A DNA stretch of 64,000 bases from an uncultured Chloroflexia bacterium (GTDB lineage Bacteria > Chloroflexota > Anaerolineae > JAAYZQ01): positions 1,024,001-1,088,000 of the forward strand of contig CAVOXA010000001.1 in the NCBI GenBank assembly GCA_963700285.1, given 5' to 3'. Made by a program: the position numbers and the translations under genes. Below, in pieces: positions 1 to 9,561 of the stretch; position 1 is the first letter of the stretch; every line of letters starts with the position of its first letter. The notes under the pieces are model-generated. The model saw only the letters and a list, made by a program, of their open reading frames with translations, made no database searches and was not told the DNA's origin.

Positions 1-233
1 ATGCCCTTTTCGGGCGCATAGATGGTGGAGAGGAGGACGTCGAGGCCGCCTTCGCGAAGCTTGGGAAAGTCGGTGCGGACGCCAAAGGGATCAAAGGAGC
101 GGCTGGCCCGGAACCGCGACGTGAGTGTCCGGTTGAAGAGCGATGCCTTCAACGACGGGTGCGCATGCAGATCGACGATGGTAGAATCTACGAAATGTGT
201 CTTTCTCCAAGCGGGAGTGCTGTCCGTGACCAT
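1..233 (-). CDS. Membrane dipeptidase (peptidase M19) family protein, N-terminal part; runs off the window edge
   Basis: Not in the ORF track. Manual translation from ATG 233 (SD GGAGGGA upstream) gives MVTDSTPAWRKTHFVDSTIVDLHAHPSLK...RTDFPKLREGGLDVLLSTIYAPEKG, with the DLHxH metal motif and the TDxPxLxxGG motif. Confidence 0.7.
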   Translation of the reverse strand, partial: MVTDSTPAWRKTHFVDSTIVDLHAHPSLKASLFNRTLTSRFRASRSFDPFGVRTDFPKLREGGLDVLLSTIYAPEKG

Positions 234-502
234 GGCTGTCTCCCTCCCTAGGTCTTTAGCCCTATCATACCACACTTGGGGTGCCAGGTCAACTAATCGA
301 TAAATAAATGTTTCTACTATATTTTAGCTGATTACAATGCTTTTTCCGCAGTAGTTCTGTCGTTCTCCCTTACTTGAGATGCTCATCTCGGACTTGTAGC
401 CGTGACCTACCGGTCTGCGATGCCGTTTCCGTCGGTGGAGATCCAAAGTCATGGGCAGTACGTACGGTCGGGGGTCTCCCGTTTCTGTCTTTGGCCTGAC
501 TG

Positions 503-511
503 TGCTATAAT
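503..511 (+). promoter_or_regulatory. Extended -10 promoter (TGcTATAAT) for thrC, probably leaderless
   Basis: TATAAT at 506-511 preceded by TG; ATG 519 lies 7 nt downstream; no SD. Confidence 0.55.
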
Positions 512-518
512 TCTCACA

Positions 519-1664
519 ATGATACGAATGAATGCTTTTCTTTGTGCAACATGCGGACAGACCTATCCTCTTGACACACGCAATTGGCGATGTGCCTGCG
601 GCGGGCTTTTCGACCTGCAAAGCTGGCCGAATTTTGACATAGAGTCCGTTGATGTGACCCAAAGCGGTCTGTGGCGCTACCGGAAGCTGCTGCCCCTGGA
701 CCCGGCCTGGGCGCCCGTCACGCTGGGTGAGGGGAACACACCCCTGGTTTCGGTGGACTGGGACGGGCTACCGCTCCTGTTCAAGCTAGAGTCCGTGGCG
801 CCCACTGGGTCCTTCAAAGATCGTGGTGCGGCCGTTTTGGTCACGGCCCTGCGGGGACTGGGCGTCGAAAGGGTAGTGGAGGATTCTTCGGGCAACGCTG
901 GCGCCAGCCTGGCCGCGTACGCGGCGCGCGCGTCCATTGGCTGTGAGGTCTGCGTCCCCCACCCCGCCGCCAGACCCAAGGTGGCGCAGATGACAACCTG
1001 TGGCACGGAGGTGATCCAGATCAAGGGCAAGCGGGAATATGCGGCCCTTGCTGCCTGGGCTGCGGCCGCCCACGGGGCCTACTATGCCAGCCACGTCTAC
1101 AGCCCCTACTTTCTGGCTGGCACGGAGACCCTGGCCTACGAGCTGTGGGAGCAGTTGGACCGGCACTCACCATCCGCTGTCCTCCTGCCGTTGGGCAACG
1201 GGACCCTGCTCTTGGGCATCTATCACGGGTTCCAGCGGCTCTGTGACGCAGGCTTGATCGCGCGCCTGCCGCGCCTTTTCGGCGTCCAGGCGGAGGCCTG
1301 CGCGCCCATCTACCGGGCCTTTGTGGAAGGGCGTGACAGCATCGAGTCCCGTGAATCGGCGCCGACCATCGCCCGGAGCATCGCTATCCTGTACCCGGCC
1401 CGGGGTGCCCAGGTCCTGGCCGCGGTGCGGGCTACGGGTGGGGCCATCTTCTGCGCGGGCGAAGAGGAGATCCTGGCTGCCCGCAACCAACTGGCCCGGA
1501 GAGGGTTTTATGTGGAAGAGACTGCGGCAGCTGCGCTGGCAGTACTGCCTGATCTGGGCGAATTGCTGAGCGGCTCGGCTGGGGAACCTATTGTCGTACC
1601 TCTGACGGGGCACGGTCTCAAAACTAGTGCCGGACCCGGTACAAGCATGGGACTTGATACCTGA
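519..1664 (+). CDS. thrC: Threonine synthase (PLP-dependent)
   Basis: N-terminal CxxC...CxC, SGLWRY, TLGEGNTPL, PTGSFKDRG (PLP Lys), DSSGNAG, PLTGHGLK. Start ATG 519 or 528. Confidence 0.85.
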   Translation: MIRMNAFLCATCGQTYPLDTRNWRCACGGLFDLQSWPNFDIESVDVTQSGLWRYRKLLPLDPAWAPVTLGEGNTPLVSVDWDGLPLLFKLESVAPTGSFKDRGAAVLVTALRGLGVERVVEDSSGNAGASLAAYAARASIGCEVCVPHPAARPKVAQMTTCGTEVIQIKGKREYAALAAWAAAAHGAYYASHVYSPYFLAGTETLAYELWEQLDRHSPSAVLLPLGNGTLLLGIYHGFQRLCDAGLIARLPRLFGVQAEACAPIYRAFVEGRDSIESRESAPTIARSIAILYPARGAQVLAAVRATGGAIFCAGEEEILAARNQLARRGFYVEETAAAALAVLPDLGELLSGSAGEPIVVPLTGHGLKTSAGPGTSMGLDT

Positions 1665-1684
1665 CAAGGAGAAGATCGAGATCG

Positions 1685-2926
1685 ATGGAGAGTAAACGTG
1701 TTGTCATAACCGGAATGGGCGTCATTTCGCCCCTGGGCCTGGACGTGCCTACCATGTGGCAGAATGCGGTAGCAGGCCGTTCGGGTATTGGACCCATCAC
1801 GCTCTTTGACGCCAGTGAATTCGAGGTACGCTTTGCCGGAGAGGCCCACGGCTTTGATGCGACCGACTATATGCCGGCCAAGGAGGCCCGCCGGGCGGAC
1901 CGCTTTACTCATTTTTCCGTCGCTGCGCTGGAGCAAGCGCTGGCTCAATCGCGTCTGGTTATCGACGAGCACAATGCCCACGACGTGGGCGTGATCATGG
2001 GCTCGGGGATCGGCGGTGTCGAAAGCTACACGAGGGAGCTTGAGGTACTGCAGACTGAAGGCCCGCGGCGGGTGAGTCCGATCTTGGTGCCGATGATTTC
2101 CATTGACATTCCCGCCGTGCAGACCTCGCTGCGTACCGGCGCCCGAGGGCCCAATATGGGGATCTCCTCAGCCTGTGCGACCAGTGCCAATGCCATCGGC
2201 CAGGCCTACGAGACCATTCGCCGCGGCCATGCGCGGGCCATGTTCACTGGCGGTTTCGAGGCGGCCATCGTGCCCATTGCTTTGGCCACCTTTACGCGCA
2301 TGCGCGCCTTGTCCCGCCGCAACGACGACCCGGCTGGCGCCAGCCGGCCCTTTGACGCCAACCGCGACGGATTTGTGATGGCCGAGGGTGGAGCGCTGTT
2401 CGTCCTGGAGGATCTAGACTTTGCCCTGGCGCGGGGCGCGGAGCCGCTGGCGGAATTGGCTGGCTATGCCTCGACCTCAGACGCCATGTACGTTACCGCT
2501 CCCGATCCCGAGGGCGTCGGCGTGGCTCGCTGCATGACGCTGGCCATGGAAAGAGCCGGGGTCGGTCCAGGCGACGTGTCCTACATCAACACCCACGGCA
2601 CCAGTACCCTGCTGGGCGATCCGGCCGAGACCCAGGCCATCAAGCGCGCCTTCGGCGAGTTTGCCTATCACGTGCCGGCCAGCGCCACCAAGTCGATGCA
2701 CGGCCACCTCATCGGGGGCACCGGGGCCCTGGAGGCCGCTATCAGCGTGCAGGCCATACGCGAGGGCATCATCCCGCCGACCATCAACCTGGAGACCCCT
2801 GATCCGGATTGTGACCTGGACTATGTGCCCAACCAGGCGCGCCAGGCCGATCTGGATGTTGTGCTCTCCAATTCTATTGGCTTTGGTGGACATAATGCAA
2901 CGCTGGTGCTGAAGGCGTACCGGTAG
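1685..2926 (+). CDS. fabF: Beta-ketoacyl-ACP synthase II
   Basis: RVVITGMGVISPLG, SACAT (catalytic Cys), NTHGTST and GHLIG (two His), SNSIGFGGHN. Confidence 0.95.
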   Translation: MESKRVVITGMGVISPLGLDVPTMWQNAVAGRSGIGPITLFDASEFEVRFAGEAHGFDATDYMPAKEARRADRFTHFSVAALEQALAQSRLVIDEHNAHDVGVIMGSGIGGVESYTRELEVLQTEGPRRVSPILVPMISIDIPAVQTSLRTGARGPNMGISSACATSANAIGQAYETIRRGHARAMFTGGFEAAIVPIALATFTRMRALSRRNDDPAGASRPFDANRDGFVMAEGGALFVLEDLDFALARGAEPLAELAGYASTSDAMYVTAPDPEGVGVARCMTLAMERAGVGPGDVSYINTHGTSTLLGDPAETQAIKRAFGEFAYHVPASATKSMHGHLIGGTGALEAAISVQAIREGIIPPTINLETPDPDCDLDYVPNQARQADLDVVLSNSIGFGGHNATLVLKAYR

Positions 2927-2970
2927 CACAAACATGTCTCTTGATCGTTCAATATCATCGAAGAAAGGAG

Positions 2971-3037
2971 TCCTGGACGGAATCCGGGGAACTAGAGGAA
3001 CCAAGGTATCTTGGTTCCTGCAGTGCCTTTGGTTCCC
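2971..3037 (+). repeat. Nested inverted repeats (hairpins) in the fabF-rnc spacer
   Basis: AGGAACCAAG-gtat-CTTGGTTCCT perfect stem (2996-3019); alternative pairing GGGAACTAGAGG/CCTTTGGTTCCC (2987-2998/3026-3037). Confidence 0.55.
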
Positions 3038-3046
3038 AATCCCACA

Positions 3047-3829
3047 ATGAGCAAGCTACCTGAACTCGAGCGCGATCTGGGTTTTTCCTTCGCTGACAAG
3101 AGCCTGCTTCAGCGGGCGCTGACCCACCGCTCGTATCTCAATGAACACCCCGAGTTCTCCCTGGAGGACAACGAGCGCTTGGAATTCCTGGGCGACGCGG
3201 TGTTGGACTTTGTGACGGGTGAGTACCTGTACCATCGTTTCCCCGAGATGGCCGAGGGATCCCTGACCAATCTGCGATCAGCCCTGGTCCGGCGCGAGAC
3301 GCTGGCCAGGTTCGCCCAGGCCTATGGCTTGGGCAGCTACCTGCAGATGGGGCACGGTGAGGTGGAGAGCGGCGGGCGCCAGCGCCCGGCCACGCTGTGC
3401 GCGGTCTTTGAGGCGCTGGTGGGTGCCCTGTACCTCGACCAGGGGCTGGATCCTGTCGTAGCTTTTATTGAACCGCTCATTGGACCCGAGGTCGGGCGTA
3501 CGCTGGCGGGCAACCTGGACAAGGATGCCAAGAGTCTGCTGCAGGAGCTGGCCCAGGGCCGGATGCACCGCACCCCCCGCTACGTGACCGTGGCCGAAAA
3601 CGGGCCCGATCATGCCAAAGAGTTCGTCGTCCAGGTGACCATCGATGGTGTGGCCTACGGTAAGGGCAGAGGCCCCAGCAAACAGCGCGGAGCGCAAGCT
3701 GCCGCCAGCGATGCCCTCGATCGTCTGGCAGCGGGTGGCGGCGAGCTGTTGCCCCCCCCTTCGCCGCAGCCGGTGCCGCTCGCAGAAGATGCCGATGAGA
3801 TGGACGAGGAGGGAAGTGAGGGCGTCTAG
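3047..3829 (+). CDS. rnc: Ribonuclease III
   Basis: ALTHRSY, NERLEFLGDAVL signature, FEALVGALYLDQG, dsRBD (GPDHAKEF...GRGPSKQ); acidic/Pro tail. Confidence 0.97.
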   Translation: MSKLPELERDLGFSFADKSLLQRALTHRSYLNEHPEFSLEDNERLEFLGDAVLDFVTGEYLYHRFPEMAEGSLTNLRSALVRRETLARFAQAYGLGSYLQMGHGEVESGGRQRPATLCAVFEALVGALYLDQGLDPVVAFIEPLIGPEVGRTLAGNLDKDAKSLLQELAQGRMHRTPRYVTVAENGPDHAKEFVVQVTIDGVAYGKGRGPSKQRGAQAAASDALDRLAAGGGELLPPPSPQPVPLAEDADEMDEEGSEGV

Positions 3830-3832
3830 CCT

Positions 3833-4708
3833 ATGGACCGCACGCTGCTGATCACCGGCGGCAGCGGCTACCTGGGCTCTTGCCTGGTCAGGCAGGCTCG
3901 GGAGGCTTGGGACGTCGTGGCCACCTATTTCTCCCACCCCATAGTGATACCCGGCAGCCGCTGGCTGCCCCTAGACATCCGCAACGGCGCCGCTGTGGCC
4001 GGCCTGCTGGCTGAAATCCGTCCCGAGGTTGTCATCCATACCGCCTTTGACATGAGCGCGCCCCCGGCCATGCAGTCTGTCATCGTCGACGGCACGCGCC
4101 ATGTGGCCTCGGCCGCGGCCCGCACCGGCGCTCGCCTGGTCCACCTGTCCACCGATGTGCTCTTTGACGGCGAGGCTGGCCCCTACGCCGAGGGCGATCC
4201 GCCCAACCCGGTCACGCCCTACGGCCAGGCCAAGGCCGCCGCTGAGCAGATCGTAGCCGAACACTGCCCGCAAGCATCCATCGTGCGCACCTCCCTCATC
4301 TACGGCTTTGAGCCACTCGATCCCCGAACCCTGTGGGTGGTGGACAGCGTCCGTCAGCGTCAGCCCATCACCCTTTTTGCCGATGAATTACGCTGCCCGG
4401 TTTGGGTTGAGCAATTGGCTGTTGCCCTCTTGGAGCTGACGTCCGGAGAGCACAGTGGCATCTGGCACCTAGCCGGCCCCCAGTCCCTCAGCCGCTACGA
4501 TTTCGGCCAGCGCCTGGCCCGTTTTTGTGGTCTTGACCCGGCAGGCATCACCTCCGGTCTCAGCCGCGACAGCGGCTTCCACCGCCCCCGCGATTGCCGC
4601 CTGGACACGAGCAAGGCTCAAGCAGAGCTGGCTTTGCCGCTGTGGGGAGTAGATGAGGTGTTGGCGCATGTGAGCGGTCGGCGCTCTGTACCTAGTAGTC
4701 TGGGCTAG
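3833..4708 (+). CDS. SDR oxidoreductase, dTDP-4-dehydrorhamnose reductase (RmlD)-like
   Basis: LITGGSGYLG, HLSTDVLFDG, YGQAKAAAE (YxxxK), RPRDCRLDTSKA. Confidence 0.85.
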   Translation: MDRTLLITGGSGYLGSCLVRQAREAWDVVATYFSHPIVIPGSRWLPLDIRNGAAVAGLLAEIRPEVVIHTAFDMSAPPAMQSVIVDGTRHVASAAARTGARLVHLSTDVLFDGEAGPYAEGDPPNPVTPYGQAKAAAEQIVAEHCPQASIVRTSLIYGFEPLDPRTLWVVDSVRQRQPITLFADELRCPVWVEQLAVALLELTSGEHSGIWHLAGPQSLSRYDFGQRLARFCGLDPAGITSGLSRDSGFHRPRDCRLDTSKAQAELALPLWGVDEVLAHVSGRRSVPSSLG

Positions 4709-4711
4709 ATC

Positions 4712-4811
4712 TCACCGCAGAGGCGCAGAGGACACTGAGAAGACAACAACGAATTGGGAATAGAACGAATGGCCCCCCGGTCGGTAGTTCGTTCCATTCT
4801 CAATTCGTTGT
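4712..4811. repeat. REP-like intergenic elements: 9-nt GCAGAG-type short repeats plus a ~24-bp imperfect inverted repeat
   Basis: CACCGCAGAGGCGCAGAGGACACTGAG (4713-4739); ACAACGAATTGGGAATAGAACGAA (4746-4769) pairs with TTCGTTCCATTCTCAATTCGTTGT (4788-4811). Confidence 0.55.
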
Positions 4812-4937
4812 AGTGATCTCCGGACCTCCCGCAAAATACGGGAACGGGCGCCTGTGCTGGTGAGACCTGGCAGGTTGCGGAAAACCTGCCAGGTCCACGG
4901 TGGGAATCATGACGTGAACCGGCATAAATAAACCGGT

Positions 4938-4972
4938 TCATGACGTGCCATGTCGCCAAACTGTGGTATAAT
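4938..4972 (+). promoter_or_regulatory. Putative WYL-activator-type promoter/operator (GAC-N7-GTC; TGTCGC-N10-TATAAT)
   Basis: TGTCGC 4951-4956, 10-nt spacer, TATAAT 4967-4972; ATG 6 nt downstream. Confidence 0.5.
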
Positions 4973-4978
4973 GGGCTC

Positions 4979-5977
4979 ATGGCAAACGTAGCGACGCGGC
5001 TTTTCTCCATCATTTTTCTCTTGCAATCGCGGGGCACCCTGAAGGCTACCGAGCTTGCGGAGGAGCTGGGTGTCTCGGAGCGTACGGTACACCGTTACAT
5101 GGGCATGCTGGACGAGATGGGCATCCCCATTTACTCCGAGCGCGGACCCTACGGCGGCTTTTCCCTCGTGCGCGGTTACAAGCTGCCGCCCCTGGTCTTT
5201 ACCCCTGAGGAGGCCACGGTCCTCTACCTGGGTGCGGAACTGGTCCAGGACATCTGGGGCCTGTCCTACCACGATGCTGCGGTGGCGGCCCGGGCCAAGC
5301 TGGACAATGTCCTGCCCGACGCGCTGCTCCAAGAGGTGCGCCAGGCCCAGCGAGGGTTGCTGGTCACCCCTTGGTTCCGGCGGGACTATGGGCCTTGGGC
5401 GCCCATGCTGGACGATCTGCGCCGTTGTGTGGCTCGGAGGCGGCAGGTGTGCCTGGTCTACCGCTCCTTTCGCCAACAGATCACGGAGCGGATCGTCGAT
5501 CCCTATGCCCTGGCCCTGCAGTGGGGATACTGGTACCTGGCTGGCTACTGCCATCTGCGGGGCGAGCTGCGTACCTTCCGGGTGGACCGCGTGCAGGCGA
5601 TCGAGCCCACAGGCGAGATCTTTGAGATCCCGCCCGATTTTGCGGCGCGCGAGTACCTGCAGCGCATGGCTGGCGAGCGTCCAGCGGTCTATTACCGGGT
5701 GGTGGTCCGCTTTGATCCCGCGGTGGCCCACGTCGTCCGCGAGCGGCGGGACGAGTGGCAGACGCTCACAGAGAACAGCGACGGTTCGGTGACGCTGGCC
5801 TTTGACGCCTCAGACCTGGCCTGGCCTTGTCGCTGGGTCCTGACCTACCAGGACAGCGCGACCGTCGTCGGTCCGCCCGAACTGGTCTTGATGGTGCGAG
5901 ATGCGGCCCTGGCCACCGCCGCCCGCTACAGGGAGCATGGGGAGCAGCCGGCTGGCTGGACGAACCCTCCGGGGTGA
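4979..5977 (+). CDS. YafY-family HTH-WYL-WCX transcriptional regulator
   Basis: N-terminal wHTH (ELAEELGVSERTVHR), GPYGGFSL, LPPLVFTPEEA, WYLAGYCHLRGELRTFRVDR, C-terminal WCX (VVGPPEL). Confidence 0.93.
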   Translation: MANVATRLFSIIFLLQSRGTLKATELAEELGVSERTVHRYMGMLDEMGIPIYSERGPYGGFSLVRGYKLPPLVFTPEEATVLYLGAELVQDIWGLSYHDAAVAARAKLDNVLPDALLQEVRQAQRGLLVTPWFRRDYGPWAPMLDDLRRCVARRRQVCLVYRSFRQQITERIVDPYALALQWGYWYLAGYCHLRGELRTFRVDRVQAIEPTGEIFEIPPDFAAREYLQRMAGERPAVYYRVVVRFDPAVAHVVRERRDEWQTLTENSDGSVTLAFDASDLAWPCRWVLTYQDSATVVGPPELVLMVRDAALATAARYREHGEQPAGWTNPPG

Positions 5978-6017
5978 GTTTGCCTTTCCGGCTGCGGCGT
6001 GGTATCATTTGGCCGGC

Positions 6018-7514
6018 ATGGAACAGAAACAGAAAGATATCGCAACGTCGACGCACAGCAAACGGGCCACCGGCTGGATCCTGCTCATCTGCGCACTGGC
6101 CGCGGTGGCCACGGCTGCCATCTCCTATTTCGCTTTCGAGCGGCTGGCCCACCTGGAGGATGAGGTGGCCTACCTCTTCCAGGCCAGGACGATGGCTATG
6201 GGTCGATTGACAGTGCCCTCGCCCTCGCAACCCGATGCTTTCTGGACGCCCTTTGTACTGGATCACAGGGGCCAGCGCTTTGGCAAGTACCCGCCAGGCT
6301 GGCCGGCGGTCTTGGGCCTGGGCGAATTGGCCGGGCTGGCCTGGTTGGTCAACCCCCTGCTGTCGGCGCTGGCACTTTACCTGGTCTACCGCCTGGGGCG
6401 GACTCTCTACGACGAGCGAGTGGGCCTTGTGGCGGCCACCCTGGGCTTGCTGTCTCCCCTCTTTTTGGTATTGGGAGCCTCCTACCTGTCGCACATGGTC
6501 GCGCTGGTGTGGCTCTTGCTCTTTAGCCTGTGGTTCGTGTGGACGGCGCAGGGCCGTAGCGGATCGTACGCCATTGGCGCTGGGCTGGCGCTGGGCCTGG
6601 TCTTTCTGACCCGCTCCTTGACTGCCGTGGCCTTTGCCGCGCCCTTTGCCCTGTATGCCCTGGTTCAGGTTGTCCGGCGCGAGCAGGAGTACTGGCCGCG
6701 CTACCTGCTGGTCGCCCTGGGCGGGGGAGCCGTGGCGCTCTTGCTGCCGGTCTACCAGTGGGCGATCACGGGTGATCCGTGGCTGAATCCTTACCTGCTG
6801 TGGTGGCCCTATGACCGCATCGGCTTTGGCACGGGAATCGGCGCCATGCCGGGTGGCCACTCGCTCCGCTACGCCTGGATCAACCTCAAGCAGGACCTGT
6901 CGCGTTCGGCGACTGACCTTCTGGGCTGGCCGGCATTGAGCTGGCTGCCCCTGGTACTGGGTTTGTTTCTGCGCCCCCGCCGGCGGCGAGACTGGCTCCT
7001 GCTGGCGCCCTTTCTCTGCCTGGTCATTGCCTACATCTTTTACTGGATCGGTTCCCCAGAGCGTCTGTGGGGACCGCGTTACTATTTTGAGGGCTTTGGT
7101 GTATTGTGGCTGCTGGGCGCCGTCGGACTGCTGAAGACGTGGGATTGGGCCAAGGAACGGCCGCGGTGGGTACGTCCGGCTTTGGCCGGAGCGCTGGCGG
7201 TCATGGTAGCTGCCAACCTGGCGACCAATCTGCCTTTCCGGCTGCAGGAGGCTCATGGCTTCTATGGCATCAGCCGCGCCCAGATGGCGCCCATCGAAGC
7301 GGCGGACCTGCACAACGCCCTGGTCATTGTCTACGCCGAGCGCTGGCTAGAGTACGGGGCCATGCTGGGCCAGATGAGTCCCACCCTGGACGATGATGTT
7401 GTCTTTGCCCGGGGTGATGGCGCCCTCACAGCAGACATCATCGCCGCCTTCCCGGGCCGGACAGTCTACTATCTGACCGGCGGCCAACTCTCGCCAGCCA
7501 CAGAGCAACCCTGA
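6018..7514 (+). CDS. GT-C fold membrane glycosyltransferase (PMT/ArnT, GT39-like)
   Basis: EDEVAYLFQA acidic first-loop motif, GKYPPGWP, about 11-12 hydrophobic segments, GPRYY. Confidence 0.75.
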   Translation: MEQKQKDIATSTHSKRATGWILLICALAAVATAAISYFAFERLAHLEDEVAYLFQARTMAMGRLTVPSPSQPDAFWTPFVLDHRGQRFGKYPPGWPAVLGLGELAGLAWLVNPLLSALALYLVYRLGRTLYDERVGLVAATLGLLSPLFLVLGASYLSHMVALVWLLLFSLWFVWTAQGRSGSYAIGAGLALGLVFLTRSLTAVAFAAPFALYALVQVVRREQEYWPRYLLVALGGGAVALLLPVYQWAITGDPWLNPYLLWWPYDRIGFGTGIGAMPGGHSLRYAWINLKQDLSRSATDLLGWPALSWLPLVLGLFLRPRRRRDWLLLAPFLCLVIAYIFYWIGSPERLWGPRYYFEGFGVLWLLGAVGLLKTWDWAKERPRWVRPALAGALAVMVAANLATNLPFRLQEAHGFYGISRAQMAPIEAADLHNALVIVYAERWLEYGAMLGQMSPTLDDDVVFARGDGALTADIIAAFPGRTVYYLTGGQLSPATEQP

Positions 7515-7540
7515 GTCCCAAGTCCTAAGGGGAGGTGGAG

Positions 7541-8551
7541 ATGCTACAAGCAACGGAGTGGCTCCTGGAGCAGGATGAGGAGAATCCAGGGGTACGGTAC
7601 TTTGCACTGAGGGATTTGCTGGGGCGGGCAGTGGATGCCCCCGAGGTGATCGAGGCGCGGCAGGCATTGATGTGCAGGGGACCGGTGCCGGCGATCCTGG
7701 CGGCGCAGGATTCGGCCGGATACTGGGAGAAACCGGGAACCGGTTACTATCCCAAGTATCGCGGCACCGTCTGGTCGATCACTTATCTGGCCCAGTTGGG
7801 CGCCGATCCTGAGGATCCGCGCGTCCGGGCGGGCGGCGAGTACCTGCTGGCCAATTCGCTGGCCTCCATGGGAGCCTTTAGCATGACGGGCACGCCAGCG
7901 GGCAATATCGCCTGTCTGAGTGGCAACCTGGGCGCGGCGCTGTTGGATCTGGGCTTTTGGGGCGACGAACGACTCATGAGGGCGCTGGAGGTCATGGCCC
8001 GTTTCTCCACTGGAGAGGGAGTCGCGCCTCCTGACGATAAGCAGGTGCCCCTGCACTACCTCAAGTCGGCGTCCTGTGGGCCGGGCTTCCGCTGCTCGGC
8101 CAACGACAGACAGCCCTGCGCCTGGGGGGCGGTCAAGGTACTCAGGGCGCTGGCCCGGGTGCCGAGGGCCAGCCGCACGGAGGCCATGCAGGCTGCTCTG
8201 GATGCAGCCGTGGATTTCCTGTTCAGCGTGGACCCGGCGACGGCCAGTTACCCGGCCGGATACAGCGACAAGCCCAGCCAAAGCTGGTTCCGGTTTGGCT
8301 TCCCGCTGTTCTATGTCACCGATGTCCTGCAGATCGCCGAAGCGCTCACGGACGCTGGCTATGGCGGCGACGCGCGCCTGGCCAATACGCACGAGTTCAT
8401 TCTGGGCAAGCGGGACTCTGCCGATCGTTGGCGTATGGAGTACTCCTACAACGGCAAGACGTGGGCCGATGCCGAGGTCAGGGGCAAACCCAGCAAGTGG
8501 GTGACCCTGCGGGCCATGCGCGTGCTCCACAGAGCGGGAATAGAGCCGTGA
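7541..8551 (+). CDS. Hypothetical alpha/alpha-barrel (prenyltransferase/squalene cyclase repeat-like) protein, paralog A
   Basis: SD GGAGG; QDSAGYW (QxxxGxW), YYPKYRGTVW, CLSGN, PCAWG, WFRFGFP, GKPSKWVTLRA. Confidence 0.7.
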   Translation: MLQATEWLLEQDEENPGVRYFALRDLLGRAVDAPEVIEARQALMCRGPVPAILAAQDSAGYWEKPGTGYYPKYRGTVWSITYLAQLGADPEDPRVRAGGEYLLANSLASMGAFSMTGTPAGNIACLSGNLGAALLDLGFWGDERLMRALEVMARFSTGEGVAPPDDKQVPLHYLKSASCGPGFRCSANDRQPCAWGAVKVLRALARVPRASRTEAMQAALDAAVDFLFSVDPATASYPAGYSDKPSQSWFRFGFPLFYVTDVLQIAEALTDAGYGGDARLANTHEFILGKRDSADRWRMEYSYNGKTWADAEVRGKPSKWVTLRAMRVLHRAGIEP

Positions 8552-9504
8552 TTGGAGCCCAGGCGCTCCCCTGGCTGCTGGAAGGGGACAACCCTTCGGC
8601 GCGAGCCCTGGCACTGACCGGACTGCTAGATCGCCCGGCTACTGATCCGGAAGTGGTGGAGGCCCGTGCAGAGATCCCTGGCTGGGGGCCGGCGCGGGCC
8701 ATCCTGGATGCCCAGTGGCCTGCTGGCTACTGGATGCGGTCCGGTACCGGCTACAGCCCCAAATACAAGGCGACGGTGTGGCAGGTGATCTTTTTGGCTG
8801 CCCTGGGCGCGCCTCACACCGAGGCCATCGATCGCGCCTGCTGCCAGGTGTTGGACCGCAGCCGCCTACCCGATGGGCGCTTCTCGGCACGCAGGACGGG
8901 GGCAGGGGCCATTGCCTGTCTCAACGGGAATCTGCTGCGGGCGCTGTTCCAACTGGGCTGCGAGGACGCCCGGCTAGAGATGAGCCGGCAGTCCCTCGCC
9001 GGCATGGTGGCCCGTGATGGCTTCCGCTGCCGGTACAACGCTACCCGTCCCTTTCCGGAGCGTATGGCTGATGGTCTTCCCTGCGCCTGGGGGGCCATCA
9101 AGGCCCTGGGGGCATTTGCCCAGGTGCCAGAGGACCGGCGCACCCCGGCCGAACGTGAGGCGGTCGAGTCAGGTGTTTCGTTCCTGCTGGAGAGTACCCT
9201 GGCCAGCGGCGACTTTCCAACGGCGACCGCCCCCAGCCCCATCTGGCGGCGCTTTGGTTTCCCTTTGGGCTATACCTCGGACCTCGTCGAGGCGCTGGAT
9301 GTGCTGGGGCGAGTGGGGGTCACAGCGCATCCCCGGTTGGCACCCGCAATCGAACTTGTGCTTGGCAAAAGGGATGAGACCGAGTGCTGGGCACTAGAGT
9401 ATACGCCCGAAAATACCTGGGCCAGTTTTGGCGCGGTGGGGCAGCCCAACAAGTGGGTCACGCTGCGGGCGCTCTCAGCATTGAAGCGCTTGACCACAGG
9501 CTAA
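8548..9504 (+). CDS. Hypothetical alpha/alpha-barrel protein, paralog B
   Basis: GTG start overlaps the upstream stop (GTGA); same motifs: QWPAGYW, YSPKYKATVW, CLNGN, PCAWG, WRRFGFP, GQPNKWVTLRA. Confidence 0.7.
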   Translation: MIGAQALPWLLEGDNPSARALALTGLLDRPATDPEVVEARAEIPGWGPARAILDAQWPAGYWMRSGTGYSPKYKATVWQVIFLAALGAPHTEAIDRACCQVLDRSRLPDGRFSARRTGAGAIACLNGNLLRALFQLGCEDARLEMSRQSLAGMVARDGFRCRYNATRPFPERMADGLPCAWGAIKALGAFAQVPEDRRTPAEREAVESGVSFLLESTLASGDFPTATAPSPIWRRFGFPLGYTSDLVEALDVLGRVGVTAHPRLAPAIELVLGKRDETECWALEYTPENTWASFGAVGQPNKWVTLRALSALKRLTTG

Positions 9505-9561
9505 CAGATAGATCCAGATAGTTCTTGTCGGACTGGGATCCCACCACAGAGAGGTAGCGTC

